Part shown: positions 8,598-16,395 of the stretch, piece after piece
Layout of the letters: the number at the start of each line of letters is the position of its first letter
Numbering within the stretch: position 1 is the first letter of the stretch
NCBI GenBank assembly: GCA_041736305.1
Contig: JBGSTX010000073.1
Coordinates: 1-20,344 of the forward strand
From: Oligoflexus sp.
Lineage (GTDB): Bacteria; Bdellovibrionota_B; Oligoflexia; Oligoflexales; Oligoflexaceae
Length of the DNA: 20,344 nt
Direction of reading: 5' to 3'
Program-made: the position numbers and the translations under genes
The notes under the pieces: generated by a model
The model's database searches: none
Told to the model about the DNA's origin: nothing
The model's input: only the letters and a program-made list of their open reading frames with translations

Positions 8598-9563
8598 ATG
8601 CCGATATCGAGTCGAGCTTCATTTAAAACTGTTTTGGTCTTATTCACAGCCCTTCTCATGCTGGGGGTGCCTACCTCGCTTATAGCCTGGGCGCACGGAG
8701 GACAGAGCAATGCAAGGCTTTCTCCCAGCCCTTATCAGCTATGTCCTAAGCCTCTAGCTAAGCAACCTGCACAAGTCCTTTATAGCTGTGCTGAGCAAGA
8801 GTTCTGGCATGGGCTCTCTGATGGTAGCTTCGAAGTTCGGCAGTCGGTCGAGAAGCATCTCACTAGCATCCTGAGTCTCACGGCTGCTGATAAAGATAGA
8901 GTCAAGCAAGGTCGCATGGCAGGATTGCGAGCCTATCTACGTCTGGCCTTAGCCTTAGAAAATGGTCGTATTGAGCACGTGCTTCTTGGAGGCATGGAGC
9001 GAGATTTTTTAAAAGCAATGGCCAACGATCGGGCAAACACTACATATAAGACGTTCTACGATACAATCATTATCGCCAAATCTGCCATGATGGGCGATTG
9101 GACTAAAGCTGTGAAAGTGAGTGGACCAGCTTTTGATGTTTTGGCAGTGGATCCAATTAATATTCTCTCGCTCTCTGGAACGACGATCGGCTTTCCACTC
9201 AATACCGGGGTGCCCCAGCGCACGATCGCTATGATGGATGCTTGGGTCTGCCCAGCGGAAGAGAAAGATTTTTGTACGCAAAACACTCAGAAAGCGCCGT
9301 TTGCTCGGCCCGGGCTCAGCTTCCATTTCGCAGAAGCTTATGCGCGGGTCGGTGATCGTGCTAAGACCTTGGCCTACCTGCTAGCTGCTCAGGAGGCGCC
9401 TGGATTTGAGAAGTGGCAGCATAAGGAGCTGGTTGAGAAGCCTCTGGCTGATTTGGATAGTTATATGGCTTATTGGGCTAATTTTGGGGAGGATGGGAGC
9501 GCTTTTGATAAGGTCTATGCTAACCAACCCTTTGGTTGTGTTATGTGTCATGGTCGCTGGTAA
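8598..9563 (+). CDS. Secreted helical (TPR-like) protein with a single C-terminal CXXCH haem-c motif
   Basis: Signal peptide ending AWA|HGG, TPR-like segment FHFAEAYARVGDRAKTLAYLLAA, and C-terminus PFGCVMCHGRW. Starts 42 bp after the oxygenase stop on the same strand. Confidence 0.75.
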   Translation: MPISSRASFKTVLVLFTALLMLGVPTSLIAWAHGGQSNARLSPSPYQLCPKPLAKQPAQVLYSCAEQEFWHGLSDGSFEVRQSVEKHLTSILSLTAADKDRVKQGRMAGLRAYLRLALALENGRIEHVLLGGMERDFLKAMANDRANTTYKTFYDTIIIAKSAMMGDWTKAVKVSGPAFDVLAVDPINILSLSGTTIGFPLNTGVPQRTIAMMDAWVCPAEEKDFCTQNTQKAPFARPGLSFHFAEAYARVGDRAKTLAYLLAAQEAPGFEKWQHKELVEKPLADLDSYMAYWANFGEDGSAFDKVYANQPFGCVMCHGRW

Positions 9564-9620
9564 ATTCAAGGAGCCGCCTCTCACTCTGCGTAATCCGCCG
9601 GACTGGCTGCTAATTCATAC

Positions 9621-9658
9621 GTTTCGCTAAATAACTTCTTAGCGAAGCATTTGATTTC
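9621..9658 (+). terminator. Probable intrinsic terminator after the CXXCH gene
   Basis: Stem gtttcgctaa (9621-9630) / ttagcgaagc (9639-9648) with an 8-nt loop, followed by atttgattt. Confidence 0.5.
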
Positions 9659-9790
9659 GTTGCATTGTAAATATATCGCTAACACATTGACCCCATTGAG
9701 TAATTACGAAGCTCTAAATTTTTCTCACAGAATGACGATGAATCAACTAGCGCGGATTTTCGCATATGCCTAGCAGATAGGAAGAATCAA

Positions 9791-11272
9791 ATGGATCGTC
9801 GTCTTTTCTTAAAGTTTGGATCTTTAGCCGCCGGTACCTACGCCCTCGCTGCTTGTGCTGAAACTCCAGTAAACGACAGGCGACAATTTGGGCCGGCTTC
9901 AGGTGCCAATGTGGAAGGCGAAACACCCGATGATTCCTCGAAAAATCCGGGAGCAACGGCGCTGGCGGGAGAAGTGGTCTATACGCGTGCCGCTCCCGGC
10001 CCTTGGGCTGGGAAAGAAGCAGCCCATCTGCCTAAGCTCACTGTCGTTGACAAAAGGCTGCTCCTAAAAACGGAACATGCGATGACTCCCGAACACTTTA
10101 TCTCGCGTCATCAGCTACGTGATGCCAAAGGCATCATACTCTACGACAGAATTCTAGCCCCTGACGCGGTACCTGAGAGCAAGTTTACCCTCCCCTTACC
10201 TGCTGGACAGACGGTTTCAGCAATGTCGCTTTGCAATTTGCATGGTATGTGGAAAGAGGATTTTCCCATCGCTGATCTCAAGGCAGGTTTTCTAGTGAAT
10301 CCTGTTTATACCCAAGAAAACCCTGGACCTTGGACAGGTAAGGAAGCGGGCCACTTGCCAGCTCTCAAAACAGCGAGAACCCTCGTCAATGGACGCATAA
10401 GCCTGGAAGTCGTGACTAGCCATCCCATGACCCCTGAGCATTATATCTACTCCCATCAGGTTAGAAACTTTCAGGGTGAGACTCTCGCTAAGTCTTATCT
10501 CTCACCTGAAACTGATAAGACCGCCGTAAGCATCATGGAAATCCCGGCGCCGCAGTCTGGTATTGAACTGCTATCCTGCTGCAATCTCCATGGTATTTGG
10601 ATGACGTCGGTTGCCTTTGACGCGCTTTCACCAGTTTATACTGCAGCGGCGCCTGGTCCGGTCGGTGCTCCCGCAGCTCACATACCAACTATAGCCCTGA
10701 CGGATACAAGTGCCGTTGGCGCGCCCAGCCACACGGTTACGGTTACGAATGCGCACGAAATGATTGATGGGACTCACTTCGTTTTTAAGCATCAGGCTCG
10801 CACCGCCGGTGGTGATCTCATCGCTGAACGTTTGCTGAATCCTGCCACTGCAACTACTGCAGTTTCGACTTTCGAAGGCCGGCTCTTCCAAGGCGGTGTC
10901 GGCAAATTTATGATGTACGCCTACTGCAACCTGCATGGGATTTGGAAAGATGAGTTCAACTTCGAACAAATCAATATCCTTTACACCGATACCCCAGGAC
11001 TCGCAGGTGGCGCAGCCGCGACTCATAGACCAATCGTAACTGTCGAGGGCGATAAGATTACTGTGAAGACGGAGCACGCGATGACCGTTGAACACTATAT
11101 TTCCAAGCACCAGATTCGTGCTCTAGATGGTAGCTTAATCGGTGAGAAGAATTTCGCACCTACCGCTGCAGCACCGCTGAGCGTCTATCCAAAAGGCGCC
11201 CTAGCAGGTAATTTTATGGCCTATTCCTATTGTAACTTACACGGTATCTGGAAATCGCCTTTTACTGTCTAA
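9791..11272 (+). CDS. Tat-exported lipoprotein with four tandem desulfoferrodoxin/neelaredoxin (superoxide reductase-like) Fe-binding domains
   Basis: MDRRLFLK twin-arginine motif, lipobox LAAC (Cys22), and four copies of HxP...HxMx(3-4)H(F/Y)(I/V)...CNLHGxW. Confidence 0.88.
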   Translation: MDRRLFLKFGSLAAGTYALAACAETPVNDRRQFGPASGANVEGETPDDSSKNPGATALAGEVVYTRAAPGPWAGKEAAHLPKLTVVDKRLLLKTEHAMTPEHFISRHQLRDAKGIILYDRILAPDAVPESKFTLPLPAGQTVSAMSLCNLHGMWKEDFPIADLKAGFLVNPVYTQENPGPWTGKEAGHLPALKTARTLVNGRISLEVVTSHPMTPEHYIYSHQVRNFQGETLAKSYLSPETDKTAVSIMEIPAPQSGIELLSCCNLHGIWMTSVAFDALSPVYTAAAPGPVGAPAAHIPTIALTDTSAVGAPSHTVTVTNAHEMIDGTHFVFKHQARTAGGDLIAERLLNPATATTAVSTFEGRLFQGGVGKFMMYAYCNLHGIWKDEFNFEQINILYTDTPGLAGGAAATHRPIVTVEGDKITVKTEHAMTVEHYISKHQIRALDGSLIGEKNFAPTAAAPLSVYPKGALAGNFMAYSYCNLHGIWKSPFTV

Positions 11273-11295
11273 AGATTGCGGTTACTTCCTAATCA

Positions 11296-11324
11296 GGCTC
11301 CTCCTTACCGGGTGGAGCCCTTTT
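11296..11324 (+). terminator. Intrinsic terminator after the SOR-like gene
   Basis: GGCTCC (11296-11301) pairs with GGAGCC (11314-11319), with an inner CC/GG pair, followed by CTTTT. Confidence 0.65.
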
Positions 11325-11403
11325 CCTCGTTCATTTTTCCTTGCATCCCACTAAGCACTTGCCTAACCTTCGGCCTGAAACCTCTTGGGTCCAGGGAGTG
11401 TCC

Positions 11404-12549
11404 GTGCACGTCAAAATTCTCTCATCTGTGGAAGCTATTGGACGACCGAGCTGGGAAGCGCTCCGAAGCCCCGATTATCCCTTCCATCACTATGCATTCC
11501 TGCAGGCACTGGAAAAAACCGGCAGCGTCGGCCCTGAGAGCGGATGGCAGTTGGCCTATCTGGTCCTCGAAGATGCCGAGGGCGTGCGTGCCGTGCATCC
11601 GAGCTATGTAAAAGCCCATAGCTACGGCGAATACATCTTTGATTGGGAATGGGCCAGGTTCTACAGCCAAAACCAGAGAGCATACTATCCCAAGCTCTTG
11701 AGCGCCACTCCCTTCACTCCGGCTACAGGCACCCGCCTGCTGCTTAGAGCTGATGCGGAAACGTCCGATAAAGAGCTGCTTATTGCCACTGCTCTTCAGA
11801 CCGCCCGGAACTCAAATATGAGCTCCTATCACGCGCTCTTTCTCGAGGAAGATGAAGCCAAGCTCTATCAAGAACAAGGCTGCATGATCCGCCACTCGCT
11901 CCAGTATCACTGGCGAAACGGGGGTTATCGAGATTTTAATGACTATCTCGAAGGCTTCGTCGGCAAGAGACGACGCGATATTGTTCGCGAACGAAAGCGG
12001 GCTCAGAGTCAAGGGCTCGATATCAGGCATTTAAGTGGAGCAGAATTGAGCGAAGCGCTAGCCGAGCGGATGGAAGAGCTCTACCTCGCGACGATAGATA
12101 AAAAGGAGTCCTTCGCCTACCTCCAGCCCGGATTCTTCAAGGAAATCTTTGCCAGCATGGGCGACAGTGTTCTGCTGGTAGGAGCCTTCGCCGGCGAGAC
12201 GATGGTAGCGGCGGCGCTCAATTTCTTCCAAGGCGAGAAGCTCTATGGCCGCTACTGGGGGGCGCAGGAGCACTATCCGGACCTACACTTCGAACTCTGC
12301 TATTACCAGACTCTGGATTTCGCAATCGCTAGAAAAATCAAAATTTTCGAAGCCGGTGCGCAGGGGGAGCATAAGATTCAGCGTGGCTTCCTGCCGAAGA
12401 TTATTCTGAGCGCCCACGAGATCTTCGATCCACGCTTCCGGCCTGCGATTGCAGCTTATGTCGAAGCCGAGAAGCAAAAGCTCAGCGAAGCTATCGACTC
12501 GCTCGGGGGTCTCAACCCATTTCGCGAGACTCCCGCGCTCAATAATTAG
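11404..12549 (+). CDS. GNAT-family N-acetyltransferase, FemAB-like (DUF482 type)
   Basis: HSYGEYIFDWEWA, YYPKL..ATPFTPATG, LYGRYWG, LHFELCYYQ and EAGAQGEHKIQRGF are diagnostic. GTG 11404 follows GGGAG. Confidence 0.9.
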   Translation: MHVKILSSVEAIGRPSWEALRSPDYPFHHYAFLQALEKTGSVGPESGWQLAYLVLEDAEGVRAVHPSYVKAHSYGEYIFDWEWARFYSQNQRAYYPKLLSATPFTPATGTRLLLRADAETSDKELLIATALQTARNSNMSSYHALFLEEDEAKLYQEQGCMIRHSLQYHWRNGGYRDFNDYLEGFVGKRRRDIVRERKRAQSQGLDIRHLSGAELSEALAERMEELYLATIDKKESFAYLQPGFFKEIFASMGDSVLLVGAFAGETMVAAALNFFQGEKLYGRYWGAQEHYPDLHFELCYYQTLDFAIARKIKIFEAGAQGEHKIQRGFLPKIILSAHEIFDPRFRPAIAAYVEAEKQKLSEAIDSLGGLNPFRETPALNN

Positions 12550-13349
12550 TAGGCGAAAGTATCGTAGGATTCGCGCCGGGGCTGAAAACTCACTTTTTCG
12601 CTAATAGGATTAAAGCGCAAGAGCTGCTTAGCCCGTGCCGAAAGCTCCTCAAAAGCACGCTGCGAGATGTCGATCGAAACCTCAGGCCGAAACATCCAGC
12701 TGCGACTATAGCCGATGACGACCATCGGTCGCGCCACGTGGCTGCGATTAGGCGTTCCCCTGTGGAGACCTCTGACATCTCGAATCATGACGTCGCCTAG
12801 TTCCATGGTGATAGGCTCTAGCCTGGTCTCGCCACTTTCCAGGCGACGCATGGCTTCGGATTTGGGAATCATATGGGTGCCCCGTGCGATCTCAATAGGC
12901 CCATTTTCGAGCGTGATGTCGACCAGAGGAAAATTGATGGCTAACTGAAAAGGAGGCGTCTCTTCACCAGTCTCTGGAAAAAGAGGCGGCGCATCTCTAT
13001 GGGTTTCTTGGTAGTCAGATCCCAATAAGGGAGTGTCCGTCGCTAGCTGGCACATAATAAAATTCTCTCCGACCAGACCCTTGCAAATGGCCAGAATATC
13101 GTCGTTTTCAAATACTTCAGGGTCAGCAAAAGGCCGAAGAAAAGGCAGGGTTACATAGTAGCGGCAAGCACCTCGCTTGAGATCACTCCCACCATCCGCA
13201 AGGTACTCCTCGAGCAGAGGAGTAAAGGCTTCGTTCCACGCTTCGAGCTTTTGGCGTGGGAAAGCCTGTTTAATCACGCAAAAACCATCCTTCAGTACTT
13301 CGCTGGTGTAAAAAGCGATTTGCTCCGCACTCATAAGCTTCGATCCCAT
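12546..13349 (-). CDS. Phytanoyl-CoA dioxygenase (PhyH) family Fe(II)/2-oxoglutarate oxygenase
   Basis: DGFCVI, HRD (HxD), DITLENGP..IARGTH, GDVMIRD..GLHRGTPNRS..ARP. Start is uncertain (13334, 13349 or 13364). The stop overlaps the GNAT stop by 4 bp (TTAG). Confidence 0.88.
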   Translation of the reverse strand: MGSKLMSAEQIAFYTSEVLKDGFCVIKQAFPRQKLEAWNEAFTPLLEEYLADGGSDLKRGACRYYVTLPFLRPFADPEVFENDDILAICKGLVGENFIMCQLATDTPLLGSDYQETHRDAPPLFPETGEETPPFQLAINFPLVDITLENGPIEIARGTHMIPKSEAMRRLESGETRLEPITMELGDVMIRDVRGLHRGTPNRSHVARPMVVIGYSRSWMFRPEVSIDISQRAFEELSARAKQLLRFNPISEKVSFQPRRESYDTFAY

Positions 13350-13514
13350 GCCAGCCCCATTCAATTTGGTCGGTTAAATCGGGTTTTTACCCACAAAATC
13401 ATATTTATCCGGAAGACCGCTACAAGTAAATAAGCTTAACAGCGTCAAGATATTCGTGAATTTATAGAGATAACTGAGTCGAAGCCGCGGATGCCGCACA
13501 GAGCCTTGAGTTGA

Positions 13515-13542
13515 TTGATTCTGCCGTAGGTCGTGCTATGAT
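13515..13542 (+). promoter_or_regulatory. Putative sigma70 promoter with extended -10 for the AI-2E gene
   Basis: TTGATT (13515-13520), 16-nt spacer, TG at 13534-13535, TATGAT (13537-13542). Confidence 0.5.
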
Positions 13543-13579
13543 CCCTGCCTCCAGGACTTCAAGAAGGAAAATAGGCGCG

Positions 13580-14656
13580 ATGAGTAACTCGGTCGAAAAC
13601 AGTCAAAGCAAAGCTTCGCTCATCAGCTTTCTAGCCATACTGCTGGGCTTTATATATTTCAGCTACAAGCTGCTACAACCCTACCTTCTATCGCTCGTCA
13701 TGGGTGGGATCTTAGCGCTCCTTGCTTGGCCGCTTCGTCGACGTATGATTCGTAGAGGTACCGGACGTCGCTTAGCTTCAGGTCTTATCACAACAGGGGT
13801 TGTGCTTCTCGTCGTCACACCGCTCTTAACTTTCGCTACTTTAGCTATAAATCAAGGTGTAGCTGCTGCTAAAGGTTTGTCAGGTTCCGAAGAGCTATCG
13901 ATTGACGGCCTTAAAAATGCACTGACCCAGTGGGAGCCGCTGGCGAGGTTTGTCAATGCCTCGCAGATAGATCTCTATCTAAACCGAGCTCTGCAAGCAG
14001 TAGGTAGAAGTGCGAGTGAGCTGATCCTCAGTTTAGCCAAAAGCATTCCGGAAGCCAGTTTACAGATCGTTCTGGTCTGTCTGACCTGTTATTTCATGCT
14101 GGTCGACGGTCCCGCTTTCCTCAAGTGGACCTACGCAAGGATACCGCTCGCTTCGGATGTTAGAATGAAGCTAACTTCGGCCTTTAAAGATACGGCGATA
14201 GCAGTCGTCTGGGCGTCGATGGCCGCGTCCTTAGCCCAGGCCTTTATCATGCTCGTGTCGTTTCTTATCTTAGGTGTGCCCGCTGCTTTCCTAGCTGGAG
14301 GGCTTACCTTTATCTTCGCCTTTATTCCCTTCGCGGGAAGCGTTCCCGTTTGGCTTGGAGGGGCCATCTACCTCTTCGCGCAAGGGAGTACAGCTAAAGC
14401 CGTGCTGATGATAGTCTTCGGCCTGCTTACCACCCTCGTCGATAATTTTATCCGACCTTGGATCCTCGAAGGACGCAACGAGATGCATCCCTTCGTAGCG
14501 CTACTGGCCATTTTCGGGGGTATAGAGATGTTCGGACTATTCGGGGTTTTTCTAGGACCTATACTTGCCGCGATCGTCATCACGCTCTTGCAGATCTGGC
14601 CCGTGATCGGTCATCGCTATGGGATGGAATTCAATGGTCCTTCTGGAGACAGTTAA
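13580..14656 (+). CDS. AI-2E family transporter
   Basis: Multiple transmembrane segments, FIPFAGS, VDNFIRPWI and HPFVALLAIFGGIEMFGLFGVFLGP signatures. ATG 13580 is consistent with the upstream promoter. Confidence 0.9.
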   Translation: MSNSVENSQSKASLISFLAILLGFIYFSYKLLQPYLLSLVMGGILALLAWPLRRRMIRRGTGRRLASGLITTGVVLLVVTPLLTFATLAINQGVAAAKGLSGSEELSIDGLKNALTQWEPLARFVNASQIDLYLNRALQAVGRSASELILSLAKSIPEASLQIVLVCLTCYFMLVDGPAFLKWTYARIPLASDVRMKLTSAFKDTAIAVVWASMAASLAQAFIMLVSFLILGVPAAFLAGGLTFIFAFIPFAGSVPVWLGGAIYLFAQGSTAKAVLMIVFGLLTTLVDNFIRPWILEGRNEMHPFVALLAIFGGIEMFGLFGVFLGPILAAIVITLLQIWPVIGHRYGMEFNGPSGDS

Positions 14657-14702
14657 GCTGGGCTTCAGCTTGGGTACACTTCTCAAGCTCGACTTTGAGA
14701 AG
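14655..14702. terminator. Two hairpins between the convergent AI-2E and SEC-C genes (possible bidirectional terminator)
   Basis: AAGCTG-ggctt-CAGCTT (14655-14671) and CTTCTCAA-N8-TTGAGAAG (14679-14702). There are no strong U-tracts. Confidence 0.35.
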
Positions 14703-14807
14703 CCTTGGAGAAAACTTCCAGCTCATAAAAGTCTGTTCACGAGACCTTGCAGGAGCGTCTCGTAAATGTTTCGCTCTGAAGGTAATTACAGTCGGTCCCG
14801 CCTGATC

Positions 14808-14984
14808 TCACTTGCCGTGACACTTTTTATATTTTTGCTGCGATCCGCAGGGACAAGGGTCATTGCGTCCGACTTTGGTACCCGTTCGTACGAAAGTTTG
14901 GGGAGCTGCCCCATGTCCATGGGAGCAATTCGGTCCATGTACGTGGCCATCAGTCATTTCGACTTCTTTAGTCTCTGTAGTCAT
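14808..14984 (-). CDS. Small His-rich SEC-C metal-binding protein (58 aa)
   Basis: [58 protein letters not shown]. Canonical SEC-C motif [18 protein letters not shown], with AAGAGG 6 nt upstream of the ATG. Confidence 0.93.
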   Translation of the reverse strand: MTTETKEVEMTDGHVHGPNCSHGHGAAPQTFVRTGTKVGRNDPCPCGSQQKYKKCHGK

Positions 14985-15112
14985 ATCAATCCTCTTCTTG
15001 AGTAGCTGCCGACTTACTTCAGCCGTTTGTACACAGAACCCCCGAAAACCTGCAAGCGTCTTTCAAGCTCTTTTAGGATGAACTGCCAGAACCTCAATCG
15101 GGATATTCGCTT

Positions 15113-15976
15113 CTAGTCCATGCCCGGGCACTGCCCATCGCGGCGGAAAGTCGTATGATTGTGGATATTGTAATCATAAACGCGAACTTCCTGCGTCACG
15201 TATTTAGGATGTGGAACCCAGCAGTAAGCATTTTCGCCGTTCGAAAAGAATATCCCCCCGTCACCTAGAACTGCAAAAAAACCCAGTTCGATTCGGTAGC
15301 GACAGCCACCATGGAAGGCAAACCAACTCGTCTTGAGAATGTCCATATCATAGCGCCGGACAGTATCGGCTATGAGGCTAGGAGCCGGCACATGGCAGTA
15401 AGCATTATCACCATTTGACCAGTACACCGCGGGTTCATCTCTTATCCTAAAGAAACCCAGTTCAATCTTTTCAAAATACTTCAAGACTTCGCTCCGTTCA
15501 GCCTGTAGCGATTGACGTCGGTCGTCCAGTTCTTGCCTGCACTTTTCGATAGCAGCGAGATCAACAACGGCCGGAAACAGATCAATAGCAACCGTTCCTA
15601 CTACTATAGGACGCTGAGGAGCGATGGTGCTTAGACAGACCGGTGGTCGAGGTATAAGACCGAGGATAATTTCGAACATTTTATCTTCTTGGCTCTGCAC
15701 TATTGTGATCTGTTCGGGACTCTCATCCATGCAAGATCTTGGCAGAAATGCTCCAAGATTCAAATACTGACAGACTGCTCTGGGGCTACAATCAATCTGA
15801 CTGCAGTCAATGCGATTTAGCAGTTGTTCTAGATTATTGCGATAGTAGTGGGGTCCAGCTTTGGCAAGGTTTGCGGCCGCTCCATTTAGCCATGCAACCT
15901 GCACTGGGTTCAGTGCCATTGCCGTGTCTAACCAAAGGCCTGTGACCAGAAGCAGAAGATGCATGAGTCTTGGCAT
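15113..15976 (-). CDS. Secreted Cys-rich protein with a central coiled coil and two C-terminal ~58-aa repeats
   Basis: Signal peptide ending TAMA|LNP and GGAG upstream. Repeat consensus IELGFF...SNG(D/E)NAYC.VP.P......VR.YD..I...F...G.C occurs twice. Confidence 0.8.
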   Translation of the reverse strand: MPRLMHLLLLVTGLWLDTAMALNPVQVAWLNGAAANLAKAGPHYYRNNLEQLLNRIDCSQIDCSPRAVCQYLNLGAFLPRSCMDESPEQITIVQSQEDKMFEIILGLIPRPPVCLSTIAPQRPIVVGTVAIDLFPAVVDLAAIEKCRQELDDRRQSLQAERSEVLKYFEKIELGFFRIRDEPAVYWSNGDNAYCHVPAPSLIADTVRRYDMDILKTSWFAFHGGCRYRIELGFFAVLGDGGIFFSNGENAYCWVPHPKYVTQEVRVYDYNIHNHTTFRRDGQCPGMD

Positions 15977-16009
15977 AAAATTCCTACTCCAAAAAATTAT
16001 ATATGATAT

Positions 16010-16230
16010 TTACTGCATTCCACCGCAGGTACCATCTCTGCGGAAAGTTGTATGGCCGTGCATATCAAAATCGTAAATATGCACCGGACGCGTCACGAAT
16101 CTGGGTTCAGGCACATAAGATCGGGAATGAGCCCGCTACGCCAGTCACCGGTACCCCCGCAACGAGATTCGGCTTCTGCGAGAGAACTGAGCAGCAAACT
16201 GAAAAACACCGCTAAGCGCAAAAGAATCAT
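16010..16230 (-). pseudogene. Internally deleted, frameshifted paralog of the 15113-15976 secreted protein
   Basis: ATG 16230 with GGAG encodes MILLRLAVFFSLLLSSLAEAESRCGG... and stops at 16093. In another frame, 16114-16010 encodes VPEPRFVTRPVHIYDFDMHGHTTFRRDGTCGGMQ*, homologous to the neighbour's C-terminus VPHPKYVTQEVRVYDYNIHNHTTFRRDGQCPGMD*. Confidence 0.8.
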
Positions 16231-16395
16231 AGAAAAGGCTCCACTGCCTGATAGTTTTTATTGATCACTAAGGCGGTCCTATAACACGTATGAATAAGTC
16301 ATTACAAGCGAGGAAACTGTCTCATGCCGCTGCTCTGTCTGCCCGAGGTGGAGTGAAAATCACGGGGGTCAGGTGCCGTAAAGTTGGCCAAGAGG

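Larger units (their letters stand above)
14630..15077 (+). repeat. Direct repeat copy 1 (AI-2E 3' end, intergenic hairpins, SEC-C gene and its upstream region)
   Basis: 14630-14863 matches 16396-16629 with 16 mismatches in 234 nt by hand count. 15031-15077 matches 16630-16676 with 2 mismatches in 47 nt. Confidence 0.95.

Noticed and set aside
6936-11110. Antisense ORFs 6936-7538, 8248-8622, 9009-9326 and 10628-11110
   Set aside because: They lie opposite well-supported genes and have no motifs.
14631-14807. Open frame continuing in phase after the SEC-C TGA (possible readthrough or selenocysteine)
   Set aside because: SEC-C proteins normally end at CHGK, the extension has no recognisable motif, and differences between the two copies are mostly nonsynonymous.
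14458-15081. Plus-strand ORFs 14458-14805, 14766-15005 and 14863-15081
   Set aside because: They overlap the AI-2E gene or lie antisense to the SEC-C gene and show no motifs.
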